Part shown: piece after piece, positions 37,975 through 50,664 of the stretch
How the letters are laid out: every line of letters starts with the position of its first letter
Numbering within the stretch: the stretch's first letter is position 1
From: Octopus bimaculoides
Lineage: Eukaryota
Assembly (NCBI RefSeq): GCF_001194135.2
Contig: NC_068992.1
Span: forward strand, 34,608,360-34,672,359
DNA: 64,000 nt
Direction of reading: 5' to 3'
Made by a program: the position numbers and the translations under genes
The notes under the pieces: model-generated
The model's input: the letters and a program-made list of their open reading frames with translations, nothing else
Database searches by the model: none
Told to the model about the DNA's origin: nothing

Positions 37975-38137
37975 CTGTTGACCAAGTAAACTGCTGCCAT
38001 TTTCTGCCAGTGCTTGCTCTTTTCTTTCTCTTGTTTATATTTCAAAAGTGTCAGTTTAGAAGCATCATTTGCTGTGAAACCACATGGAATTTTGCATTTC
38101 TTTAACCACCCACACAAATGGACAGGACAGTAATTGA
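37975..38137 (-). CDS. Putative exon F (F-NYCPVHLCGWLKKCKIPCGFTANDASKLTLLKYKQEKEKSKHWQKMAAVYLVN)
   Basis: Acceptor ttctatgttttag, 163 nt open in one frame only, donor CAG|gcaagt (GC-AG type); phases match exons E and G. Confidence 0.68.
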
Positions 38138-39366
38138 CTAAAACATAGAATAAGATTACCTGACATGCGGTTCTTATTTCAAAATGCTATAATGTAAGTA
38201 AATTGGGATGCTTCTTATTTCTATAATTTTTCCTGGAGGTAAATTCTGTGTAAGGACTTAACTGCCTTTTAAAGAGCTGTGAAAAATCTTAATATTTTTA
38301 ACTCTTCCTAATTACCATTAGAATCCAGCTGCACCAATTCTAATCAGGTTTTACACACACACAAATGCAGTCAATGGATTAAACTTGTCTGATAACTAGT
38401 TTCAATACTAGCTTTGACCAAAACAGATAGAAAATAGAATATTGTGTACTTAGACTGTCAATAAATGTGGCCAAATTTCTGCTCTTTTCAAGTATAACCA
38501 TCAAAATTCAATTGATTTTTGCTTTTTAAAAATTAATATTGCCTTGAAGCATTGTCAAGTTAAACATATAATACTAATTAAATCAGTTTATGTGATGAAT
38601 AAGGAGTAGTATCTACAATTACTCAGATTTATTTTGCATATTTATGTTCATTTCTAACTTGTTCATAATAACAATTAAAAAATTCAATACCTCTGATATG
38701 ATAAATAATTAACTTGCATGTGTTCTCTTTTTAATTTAGGAAACATTAATGTTCTCTAAATATTCATTCATAATGCTGTGTAAGGATCAAAGAATTCCAG
38801 AATTCTCAAGAAATTTCCACGCTGACAATGTCTTTAATCCATATCATTATAGAAAGAGTACAGTATCCAGTACACTTTTAAAGTCTCTACAAAAGTTAAA
38901 CAGTATCAAACATTTGAATCAAAAACCATCCATAAACAACTCATGCAATTACTATGATACCAAGTTTTGCCAACTGACATAAAAAAAAAAAGAAAAAAAC
39001 ACTGTGATAAACACTTCTCTTGTGCTTTGATAAATTACAATGCCATTGATGTTAGATGTTGTGCAATAGCAGTGCTTCAGAATGGTCACAACTTTTGGAC
39101 TGAAATAAGTAAAAGAATAAATGAATTAGGGGACAAGAGGCATCATAAAATGCTTTTTACATTAGCTCTAAATTGGCCACCAGCCTATTTTCAGAAGTTT
39201 TAAGTTTATGTTTCATTTAAGATTCAAAGAAATGTATAGCTGAATCATTCTTTAGAAATTCTTACAGAAATGTTTATGCTGCATACTTTACAGCTTCGTT
39301 AATTTCAGCTTGATGAATTTTGATATTGTAAAAAGTACATAGACTTTCATCAAATATTCTGCTTAC

Positions 39367-39438
39367 AATCACTTAACCTTAATAACTTGATTAAATTTTT
39401 GTCCCTTAGATGATTTTTATCCATTTCATTTCCATAGC
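39367..39438 (-). CDS. Putative exon E (G-YGNEMDKNHLRDKNLIKLLRLSD)
   Basis: Acceptor cgtcttaaaccag, donor ATT|gtaagc, 72 nt, phase 1 to phase 1; bridges exons D and F. Confidence 0.52.
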
Positions 39439-40455
39439 CTGGTTTAAGACGATAATTTACAAAAAAAATAAAAGATATTTGCTAAATAAATGATAAACAT
39501 CAATTTTTTGTTCAATTTGTATAATTTTAGCACAAATGACATTTGGTTGCTCACTGATAATGTATGCTTATTTTCATTGATAACTATGACAGCCATCCTA
39601 TATGGAGTTATTAGTTACTACTGAAATTTTAGTTGCTGCACAAGTAATTAATTTCAGAAGCATTGATGATAATATTTATAACAAAAATAATTTCCATTGG
39701 TGGTTATTGAAATGGAAAAAATATAAAAGGAAAATATAGATAAAGGCATATGTGTGTGTGTGTATATGCACATGCATGCTTTTCTCATATATATTTGAGC
39801 ATTTTACAATTTCCTAATGTATTTTACTTTAAACAATGGCATCCCTCTCTGAAAGTGCACTTGCGTATTTGTATACATTTTAGTATCTGTGACTTTTAAT
39901 ATGGCTGTGACCTTGTGTGTGTTTAAATCTATGTAACTTATTCTGGGTAATTAGCTTCAATAATAATTCTTTTTTTTTTACAGGCACACATACATGTGTG
40001 CATACAAAATTCTTCCACATTGTCTTTTTCTCTCTCTTGTGATATATGAACATAAACACATATTGAAAGATGAAGTAATCTTTTTCACAACTAGCATAAT
40101 CAGTGTGTGTGTGCATGTAGGTGTGTGTATATATACATACATAAACACATCTGCACACACATGTGTGCATGTATATGTGTATGCATATGCAATATATATA
40201 TATATGATATATAAATACAATCATAATCAAAGCTTATTCCAGTACTCCAAAATTGTATGTAGATATTTGTGACATATGCATAAGTGTTGAAAAATAATGG
40301 AAAATATCTTTTGCAGAGTAATTATATAGCAAAACAAACGAATGAGAAAAAAGTTGGTACATATGCTTCATTTGCTGATAGAATTTACAAAATTATAAAC
40401 GTAGGAGAATCATGTAAAAAATTCTTCAGATAGAATCAAATAATTATTTGTTTAC

Positions 40456-40519
40456 CTTGTCTAAAGGATTTCCAGTAGGGTAATAGGAGAAATCTTGCAT
40501 GTTTATCCAACAGGTACAA
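40456..40519 (-). CDS. Putative exon D (LYLLDKHARFLLLPYWKSFRQ-G)
   Basis: Donor AAG|gtaaac. Tandem acceptors 7 nt apart; the one giving start 40519 is in phase with exons C and E. Confidence 0.55.
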
Positions 40520-41002
40520 CTAACTCCTATTAGCAAATGAAACATGTGTATTGGTGAATAAATAGTACAAAAACTTTATCCAGTTTTGTGTTTTGATATA
40601 TATATATATAAACACAAACACACACACACAATAATCTCAACTATATTTCAATTGCTTTTTCTTTGTTTCAATAACCAGCCATGCAATATTTTCCTACCAC
40701 AAGAGTTTCTGCTCTGTCTTCCTTCTGCATCTCAGAAAATGAGTGAGGTTGGAAACCAAGAGAAAGAGTGAGCAAAAAGAGAGCTTGTGAAGTAAAAGAG
40801 GGGGAGATGTGTGTGTAGCTTTGAACCCCTGTTCTTTAAATGAGGCCATTTATAAATGTATGTTTGTGTGCCTGTGAGTGTGTATTAAGTATTTGCATGT
40901 ATGCTCTCATCTGTAGGTGTATGTTATGTTATTTGACCTTGCATTTGAGAATATGTATGCAATTAACTCTAAGTAACTGAATGTAATATTTTTTAATGCA
41001 CA

Positions 41003-41405
41003 TAGGTGCAGGTGTGGCTTGATGGCAAGAAGCTTGCTTCCTAGCTGTATGGTCCTTGGTTCAATGGTACTGCATTGCACCTTGGACAAGTGTCTTCTAC
41101 AAAACCTTGTAAGCGAATTTGGAAAATGGAAACTGAAAGAAGCCTGTCATATATATATATATATGTGTATGTATGCATCTGTGTGTGTGTCTTTGTGTCT
41201 ATGTTTGACTCCCCCTTCTTCCCACCACTTGATAACTGGAATAGGTATGTTTGCATCCCCATTACTTAGCAGTTTGGCAAGAAGGAATGATAGAATAAGT
41301 ACTACACTTAAAATGTGAGTCCTGGGTTGATATTTTTCTATACAAAACCCCTCAAGGTGGTGCCCCAGCATGGCTGCAGTCAAATAGCTAGAAACAAGAT
41401 AAAAG
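41003..41405 (+). mobile_element. SINE family A
   Basis: Family A head, core and tail. Confidence 0.83.
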
Positions 41406-41744
41406 ATACCTTTCCATGTGTGTGTGTCCTTAATTATATATAGTTACACACATTAGTAAGTATATTTGTGTGTATGAGTGCTTATCTATATGCAACTGTG
41501 GTGCATGTGTTTACAAGAATGCATCTCTGTGTCTGTGTGCATGTGTGTGTGTGTAAAGCCTACATCAGTAGTCCTCAACCATTTTTCTCCTATCGACCCC
41601 TCTGATTCCTATTTTACTCTGCTGGAACTCCATAGACGTTCAATGGATATGAACACAATCCTACTGTATGCTTGTAATTAAATATTACAAGGAATTGTAA
41701 AAAAAATTAAAATATGTGCATTGCAGAAGTATAAGCAATTCATT

Positions 41745-42120
41745 CTTTTACTTGTTTCCGTCATTTGACTGGCCATGATGGAGTACCAATTTAAAGGGTT
41801 TTAGTTGAAGAAATCGACCCCAGGACTTATTCTGTGTAAGCCTAGTACTTATTCTATTGGTCCCATTTTACTGAACTGCTATGTTATGGGGATGTAAACA
41901 CACTAACATTAGTTGTCAAGCAATGGTGGTGCAGACACATAGATATATACATATATACATATATGATGGATTTCCTTCAGTTTCCATCTGCCAAATCCAC
42001 TCATAAGGCTTTGGTTGGTGCAAGGTTATGGAAGACACTTGCCCAAGGTGCCATGCAGTGGAACTGAACCAGAACCATGTAGTTCTGAGGCAAGCTTCTT
42101 ACCACAAAGCCATGCTTGCA
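41745..42120 (-). mobile_element. SINE family A
   Basis: Reverse complement of the family A head, core and tail. Confidence 0.83.
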
Positions 42121-42284
42121 CATAAATTTTAACAATACAATCTTATATGAACCCCAAGAGCTAAATGCACCCTGGTTGAGAACTACTGGCCTACATCCAT
42201 TTCTGTAATGTGTTCAATTACTCAGTCTCAGTTTGGTGGAGGTCAAATGTCAGTCATTGAAAATATATATAAAAATAGTCACCA

Positions 42285-42450
42285 AGTAGGCTCAAGTGTG
42301 GCTGTGTGGCAAGAAGTTTGCTTTCCAACCATATAGTTCCAGGTTCAGTCACATTGCATAGCAACTTAGGCAAGAATCTTCCACTATAGCCTCAGGTCAA
42401 CTAAAGTCTCATGAGCAGATTTGGTGGATGGAAACTGAAAGAAGCTGGTC
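42285..42450 (+). mobile_element. SINE family A, 5' half
   Basis: Head through GGAAACTGAAAGAAGC. Confidence 0.78.
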
Positions 42451-42559
42451 ATCTATTATATACAAATCACAGTGTGTGTATAATGACTAACTCATGCATT
42501 TCCACAATTCTCAACCGATTTTCACACACATTACTTATGTCACAAGGATGGTCATGCAC

Positions 42560-43275
42560 TAAACATTTTGCCCAGAGCTCCTGTTTAAATGGACCTAATC
42601 AGGCAGCACTGGCAGTGACCACACTTGAATGGTGCTTTTTTACGTTCCACCAGCTTGGGTGCCAATCAGGCAGTATTGCTATCGGCCATGACAATGACTT
42701 CATTTGACTCAACAGTTCTTCACAAATGCAGTTTATTGCCCATTGATTGAAGGGTACTCTTAAATGGGCCAGTTATGCTGCACTGGCATACGCCATGGTT
42801 ACGGTCTCACTTAGTTTGCTGGGTCTTCTCAAGCACAGCATATCGCCAAAGGTCTCGGTCACTTGTCATTGCCTCCATGAGACCCATTGTTCAAAGGTCA
42901 TGCTTCACCACCTCATCCCAAGTCTTCCTGGCTCTACCTCTTCCACAAGTTCCCTCTACTGTTAGGGTGTGACACTTTTTCACGCAGCTGTCCTCATCCA
43001 AAGGGAACACATGACCATACTAGTGCGGTTGTCTCCCTTGCACACCACATCTGATGTTTCTTATGTCCAGCTTTTCTCTCAGGGTGCTTACACTCTGTCG
43101 TGTATGCACACTGACATTACACATCCAGTAGAGCATACTAGCTTCATTCCTTATGAGCTTACACATGTCCTTAGCAGTCACGGCCCATGTTTCACTGCCA
43201 TGTAGCATGGCTGTTCGCACACATACGTCATACAGTCTACCTTTTACTCTCAGCGAGAGGCCCTTTGTCACCAGC
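42560..43275 (-). mobile_element. RTE-clade LINE 3' fragment
   Basis: TKGLSLRVKGRLYDVCVRTAMLHGSETW; same family as 2597-4540. Confidence 0.88.
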
Positions 43276-43279
43276 AGAT

Positions 43280-44678
43280 ATTATGCAACAAAGACCTATC
43301 ACCAGCACCTTAAATTCCACGCCATCAATAGATGAGGTAATGACATCAATAAGTAAATTGAATCATGGTAGGGCACCTGGAAAGGATGGAATTTGTGCTG
43401 AGGTCTTGCGATTTGGTGGTGATTACACCATGCAGTCCCTTAAACTTATTAGTGTAGTTTGGATGGATTGTGCAATGCCCAAGGACTGGAAGGATGCAAT
43501 TATTCATCCTCTATATAAAGGAAAAGTAGCCAGAACAATGTGTGGTAACTACAGAGGTATTGCTCTATTATCAGCTGCTGGCAAGGTTCTGACAAATATT
43601 TTTCTCACCTACCTGAATGGATGTCTCATAAATGATGTCCTATCTGAATCTCAATGTGGCTTCCAATTTGGTAGAGGGACAATGGATATGATTTTCACAG
43701 CAAGACAGATGCAGGAGAAGTGCTATGAGCAGAATATTCATTGATTTAACCAAGGTATTCATTGATTTAACCAAGGCCTTTGATACTGTGAATATGGCCT
43801 TGCTATGGAAAATACTTGGCAAACTTGGACGTCCGGATCAATTTGTATCTATAATTAAATCATTTCATGATGGGATGGAGGCTTGGGTTAATGTTGGTGG
43901 TGGCATGATGGGACCCATTCCTGTAGAGAATGGAGTCAAGTAGGTTGATATCCTTGCCCCAACTTTCTTTTCTTTGTACTTTGCTGCAGCTTTTACTCAT
44001 GCTTTTGCTAAGGTTACCTCACTGGGAATATGTCAGGTATCAATCGGGCTGCTTCCTTTAATCTGCACTGATTTACTCCCAATTCAAGTTTTTCAGTCTC
44101 TTATTCATTACCTCCCTTATGTAGATGGCTATGACTTAGTCACTCATACAGTGGATGACATGCAAATATTTATGAATCATATTTCTGCTTCGTGCAAAGC
44201 ATTTGGACTCAGCATTAACCTGGACAAGCATGTTGTAATGTTCCAGCCTGCACCAGGAAATCCAAATGTGGAACTAGCTATTTTAGTTGAAGGAACAATA
44301 CTGAAAGTGGTAGACAAGTATGTCTACCTGGGCAGCACACTCAGCCATTCTTGCTCCCTGGATGATAAAATATTTTTCAGGTGGCAGGTCTCTTCAGTCT
44401 CATGTCTGGTTCGAGCATGGCAAACAAAAATTGGTGTGTACTGTGCATGTGTACTGTCATCGCTCCTTTACTCATGTGAAACATGGCCCCTTTACAAACG
44501 TCATGTAAAGGTCCTTGAACGCCTTCATAAGAGATGTCGGAGACACATTCTGAATGTTGGTGAGACCTCAAAAACCCCAGACACACAGGTCCAGAGGAAA
44601 GCTGATTTCTTGAGTATTGAGGTGATGGTACACAAGCAATGGTTACGTTGGACTGGACACCTTATTAGAATGAAGGAT

Positions 44679-44680
<2 letters not shown>
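43280..44680 (+). mobile_element. RTE-1/BovB-like LINE RT fragment (second RTE family)
   Basis: RAPGKDGI.AE, NYRGIALLS, ESQCGF..GRGTMDMIFTARQMQEKC, IDLTKAFDTVN, YLGSTLS, LLYSCETW. Confidence 0.92.
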
Positions 44681-44725
<45 letters not shown>

Positions 44726-44855
44726 AGAATTAACAAAAAAAAAACAAAAGACGAAGACAGGTGATGTAGAAAACAAACAGATGTATTAGTATAATGCTCA
44801 GGAAGTGAAAAAGTTCTTTAATGTTTCAAGCCTATGCTCTTCCACAGAAAGAAAC
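44681..44855 (-). mobile_element. (TA)n plus a short Penelope/retrozyme-like terminal fragment, flanked by AAGGATGG direct repeats
   Basis: AAGGATGG at 44673-44680 and 44856-44863; hammerhead-like fold on minus at 44813-44855. Confidence 0.5.
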
Positions 44856-46034
44856 AAGGATGGAATTTGTGCTGAGGTCTTGCGATTTGGTGGTGATTAC
44901 ACCAATAAGTACTGGCCTCGATTCATTCAACTAAAAATTCAAGGCAGTGCCCCAGCATGGCTTCAATGTAATAACTGAAACAAATACAAGAGATAAGTAA
45001 ATGATTGTGTGTAAGTACATATGCTCTTGTGTATACCTGTCAATATTCAAATGTGTATAAAACATGTAGAGTATTTGTAGACGAGCATCATTGTATATGC
45101 TTGTATGTGTGTATGTCTTTACGTAATTAACTTTGGGTAATTAACTGTAATAATTATTGCTTTTAATATTCCCATATGATTTTGTGTGTATACATACATA
45201 TGTAGGTTTGTTTATAGGCACAAATATATGCATGTACAGACATATAAATGTTGCAGTATTATTGCAAGTAAAACATTTATAAAAAAATGCAACTCATTAA
45301 TTTCATTTATAGGTGTCATATTTGTTGTAATATAAGCGTTTAACAAAACACTACTTTCTGAATGCCAAAGGCTGTTTGCATAGATGTTTGTGATTGTGTG
45401 TGTGCACGCGTGCCTGTCTGTCTGTGCACACGTGTGTTGTAGCAGCAGTAATAGTAGTAGTAGACACCTCACTATTATACTCCATCGCATACACAATTGT
45501 TCATTCTGCTAATAACAGAGAGTTGCATTTATTATAATTTGATATTTTATGAGTGCTTCCCCTGGTAAAATTCATAGCTGACTTCCCTTCTAAATGGCCG
45601 CAGGTGTATTGAATTTTTGTCAATATATTGAGAGAGTTTGTACAGCTTCTTAGCATCTAATACATCCTTCAGACCCCTGATTTTGCAAATGTCAGCAAAC
45701 TGATCAGTAACCCATTAAAACTCCACATAATAACCATTTTTCTTATTTTGCCTTTGCGATGTGTGTGGCTTTCACTTACAAAAATGTCAGCTTTTTAAGA
45801 AAGGCCCCTTAATCTATTTGAGACCTGTTTTGAAAGTGTATGATGCTGGTACGAATCCAGTGTATGCCTTTGGCCTCACATATTGCATGTTTAATATTTT
45901 ATTTCCCTCTATCAGGAGCATTAGCCTTTTTGGGAATATGAGCAGCATGAAATTTCATCTTGTTCTGTTTGTTGCTTGCTATGACCACCTTGCAATACGC
46001 ATAGTTTGTGATCAGTAGCAGTTTATATAAATAT

Positions 46035-46111
46035 TAATAATTGATGAAGGAAACAGAAGATAGATTTTGCACTAGTCTTTATTTAGCACCTTCTGTTTCC
46101 TTCAATTATTA
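46035..46111. repeat. Short hairpin/mini-MITE
   Basis: TGAAGGAAACAGAAG / CTTCTGTTTCCTTCA perfect 15 bp, extendable with TAATAAT; 30-nt loop. Confidence 0.65.
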
Positions 46112-46859
46112 TTATCTCAACAAGCACTGTAGATTTCCTGAGATAGATCCAGAGGAAATTTGCTTCAACTGAATGACACCAGGTAGCCCAAAACTGTGAA
46201 AGTGCTTTATTCAACACACTAATTAACATATATAGTCCAGAAAATCACACACACACACACACACACACACAGTGAGCAGTAACTGGTCACTGCTATCAGT
46301 TTTACAACCACATATTCACTGAAGAAATGTTTCAGTTTGCAAAGTAGTTTATTTTATGCAAAATCCACTGTCTAGACATTTTAAAAGTCAATCTAACTGC
46401 TAAAAACTCTTCAAAACCCCAGTGACAGGGTCCTCCCACTATCTGATGACATCACATTTACATAATACATACACACTATATACATCAAACTTGCTTTGAA
46501 TGTCCTTCACATGTTTAATAGGCTTACATGATCTACATATACATATGCATTTATAAAAATACACACACACTTATGTGTACGTGTTGTGTGATTTAGGGTT
46601 AATTTTCAAGACCATAACATTTTAGTCCAGTTGTCCATGGGAAATTCTCTATAATGATGTACTATGTTTGAGAGATGGAATTATTGAAAAATAAGATGAA
46701 TTCCATACATGGAAACAAAGCCTAGAATCAATGGCTGTTACTATAAACCCATCAAAGAAAAGGATTTAGTTAGTGGGTAAAAAAACAAGAGTCAACTTTC
46801 ATTTGGGAAGTGACCATGTTTGATATGTAGAAAAGTAGTAGGGAGGAATTATATGATGT

Positions 46860-47990
46860 ACCTAATGCAAACTTTAAGTGCACAAGATCACTGGCAGTCC
46901 AAATAGGGAAGACTTCATATGTAACATATTCTTAGAAGTATATTGTCCTTACCTATTCCTTTTGAAAACAAGAGGCTAGGTGCTATTGTTTTCATACTGT
47001 TCAACAGTTGTCCCCTTACACCTTCTTGTAATATCCATTCACTAGTCTGATACACATTGTAAGAGACTCATAACATTCTCCTATACAACCATATTTCAAA
47101 TGCATTAATTATTTTCTCTTCAAATTTGTTCAGAGTCCATGCTTCACAACCATAAATGCCTACTGGCCAAATGAGTGCTGATACTAGCCTTGTTTTAACT
47201 TAGTTGGGACATTTATTGCTACACCAGATATTATTAAGCTTTCCTCTGGATGTTCTTGCTATGGCTAGCCATGTCCTAATTACATGTGGCTTCATCAGAG
47301 ATTTGGGTTTCAAGATACTTGTACAATTCAACCTGTTCCAGCCTGTCACTGCCTACCTTGATGCTAACATTTACTTTTTCTTTTCCTACTACGACTTCTG
47401 TTATGGTTGAGATAAAGACGTGTATTTGATACCTTCTCAACTCTATTTATCTTTTCTTGTAGTCCAATTTCAGACTTAGCAATTAGAGCAGTATGGTCTG
47501 CCTATCTTAGATTAGAAATATGCAAGCCATATATTTTGACGCCACCTTTTTCCTGTGTCACTTCTCACATTATTCACTCTGTGTAGACATTAAGCAAATA
47601 TGAAGAATACAGCCCTAACAAACTCCTTTCTCATTTTTGAACTTTTCTGTATTCTCACTATTTACTTGAATGCCGGGCTTTTACTGAATGTAAAGCTTGA
47701 TGAACCTAAAGAGGTGTTTCAGAATGCTGAGATTAGACGTAATACACCATACAGCCATAGTTTTCTCAATTGAAGGACTCGTCTATGATGGCCATATTAA
47801 AAAATCAGAAGTTTGGCAAACATTATCATGAAAGGAAGAGTAAAAGGTAATTAGATCAAGAGGCAGGCAAATAACACAATACATTTATCATGAACTGGTT
47901 GAACAAGAGTGGCAATGTAGTTGGAGAATTCATTATGTCCCTGATATTTATTATAACATGTATGTTTTGCAACCAATCATCATTGATGTC
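46860..47990 (-). mobile_element. RTE/BovB-like LINE relic (third RTE family)
   Basis: GVKIYGLHISNLR*ADHTALIA and TRLVSALIWPVGIYGCEAWTL..AFEIWLYRRML on minus. Confidence 0.8.
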
Positions 47991-48772
47991 AGTTTTTGAT
48001 ACACAGTGACAAAAAAAAGAAAAATTTAGTTTTTATACCAAATAGCCTTGTGAAATATTCTGGAACTTTTTGTTGGATGTATAAAAACTCTGGAGTTCAA
48101 CAGTCTACAAGGGATATCCTTTTTGTGACTGATAACTATCTATGTGAAAAGCCACATTTAATAAGATAATTTTTATTTCTCAAAGGGATTATTCCAGTTG
48201 TAACTGGAGTCTATGTCCCACATTTATATGAGATATTTCAGCTCTCATCAGGATCAGATTTAAACTATAGGGGCCCCGAGGCACTTCAAATTCGGTGGGC
48301 CACCTCGTGCACAAGAATTTAAATTTTGTAAAATTTGCAAATTTATATCTCAAAACCCATCTGTTGCATGTAATTGTATTTGACAAGGTAGCAGGGAAAG
48401 TTTAAATAAACCACTGAAAATGTCGCTTTATAGATACACTTTTCATAATTCAAAATTTTTTTCTCACATTCACTCACAGTGAAAAGTACTGTGAAAAGTA
48501 CAATGAATAAAGGAAGAGGAGGGGGGGGGGGGTAATATATTTTTTTCTTTAATGTGAGTTACAAATGTTTCAGAATGTAGAATACAATAAAATGAGAGAA
48601 AATTGTGAAAAAGAAAATATCATTTTAGTGGTTGTTGTTCCACAGGTACAATGCGTATGTTTGTGTAAAGGGAGAGACGAACATTGGAAAAACATGGATT
48701 TTTAAAACTTTGCTTTGCTATGCATGTAAAAAAGGGAAAATCATGACAAAATTTGCAAAATTCCAGCTTATA

Positions 48773-50190
48773 TGGAACAGCTATTCCGATAGAATTCTGT
48801 TTCTCCATCAGATGACAACATATAAGTTCTGGTCTTCTCATAGAACTTCACAATAGCAAGACCCAGTTCTTTTGGAATACCATATGCTTGAAGGATCTTC
48901 AATATTTTGTAACGATGGGTGCTGTTAAATCCATTGCTGAAACCCACAAAGGTTATAATGGTAGGTAGTGGTCTTGATTTAACCCCTGTGATATGCCTTG
49001 GGGCTAGGATCTGAGATGTGGCTCTCCCTGGTCTAAATCCATCTTGATTTGGTCTTAGATGGCTATCAAGCACCTCACCTGCTGAATCCTATTGAGGATC
49101 ATTCAGTTGATGAATTTGAGTGAGATGATGGACAGTGCAATTCCTCTGTTGTTAGTTTCATTGCTGAGGTTTCCTGACTTTGAGATTGATATAAAGTTAA
49201 TCTCGGACCACTGATCTGGACGTTCCTGGTTCTGCAAGAGCTTATTCACAAAACTCAGTATTATATCAGCCAGATTGCACCTCTTGATAACTTCAGGGGA
49301 AATTTCATCAAGGCCAGCAGCTTTTCCCTCTTTCAGTCAATTTTTGGCGCACTGAATTATTTCAAATACTAGCTGGGGTGCACCATATCTGTTTGTTATT
49401 GTATTGGATTATGCAATGCATAATCCAACAGATAACAGTGATGAAGACCTGAAGACCTTGGTTTCATCACAGACCAGCAATGATCATGGTGAGTGCCAGC
49501 AATAACCATCACAGACCTGGACTTCACAGTTGATACAGCACTCTTATCTGGTAGATCAAGCTCAACAGCTGTTCAGCAGTGTAGAAGCATAGGCTACAGA
49601 GAGGATTGCACACAAACATCACGAAAACAGAATACATGATTTTCAACCAATCAAGTGATACTGAACTGTTTGCTCTGAGTGGTTCCAAATTGAATGTTGC
49701 TAAATATTTCAAGTACTTAGGCAGTTGGGTGAGCTGTTTGGAAACAGACATCATGATCAGGAAGACACAAGCATGGACAGCCTGTCACAAACTAAAGAAA
49801 GTCTGGAACTCCAAATTGCCCAGGCAAATCAGAATGAAGCTGTTCATTGCAACTGTTGAATCAGTGCTATTATATGTTATTGAAATATGGAGATTGACAA
49901 AGAAATTATCAAATGGATGCTACAAATGGCTATAAAAATGTGAAATGGCAGCAACAAATCACAAATGAATTGCCTTTATGGAGACCTGCTGAAGGTTAGC
50001 AAGAAGGCCACACAAAGATGACTGCAACTATCTGATCACTGCGTGTGCCACCCTAAGCTGGGAACATCCAAGTTAGTCTTGTGGAACCCACGAGGAAAAC
50101 ATTGACAACCTGATTGCAGACATTAGCCCTGAATATAGCCAGGACCTCAAAGCAGTGATTATAGACCGAGAAATGTGGCAGGTAAACTTT
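48773..50190. mobile_element. RTE-X-like LINE with inverted 5' segment (minus 49380-48773, plus 49380-50190)
   Basis: Minus: GKAAGLDEISPEV, LRPNQDGFRPGRAT.QIL, AYGIPKEL, DGETEF. Plus: APYLFVIVLDYAM, FKYLGSWV, ATVESVLLY. Confidence 0.85.
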
Positions 50191-50664
50191 GTTGCCATAG
50201 TAATAAATAATATTCCAAAAGTTTGTTTCCTGTTTCCAGTAAGGGGTAGTGGAGCACAATGAGTAACATTTAATACATTTTTGGCTTTCAGAAAAAAAAT
50301 GTATTTTTATAGGTCTTCACTATCTAACAAATACTACACCAGCTAAGCAAATGAGTTTCTCTAAGTGTATTAAAAACACTATAACATATTCAGAACACTA
50401 TTTCAGAAAATTACTTCTGTTCTCTTTAAACATATAAAAGACAGATTTAGATGGGTCAGAATGAATAAGAAAAGATAAGGTAAATTTGCCTCTTCAGTTC
50501 TCCAGAAATACATTTGAAAAAAAAATCATATACATCGATATCAAAGTCAAATGAAAGGGAATCATGGAAAAATGACATAATATGAAATTAACAAAACTTG
50601 ACTAAAGCAAAAAAACTCAGCATAAAATACTCTATAGCTTCTTCATAAACTGCTGGAGTTGCTC

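Noticed and set aside
45520-46010. Coding-like minus-strand relic with several stops
   Set aside because: No diagnostic motif; cannot be assigned to a TE or a gene.
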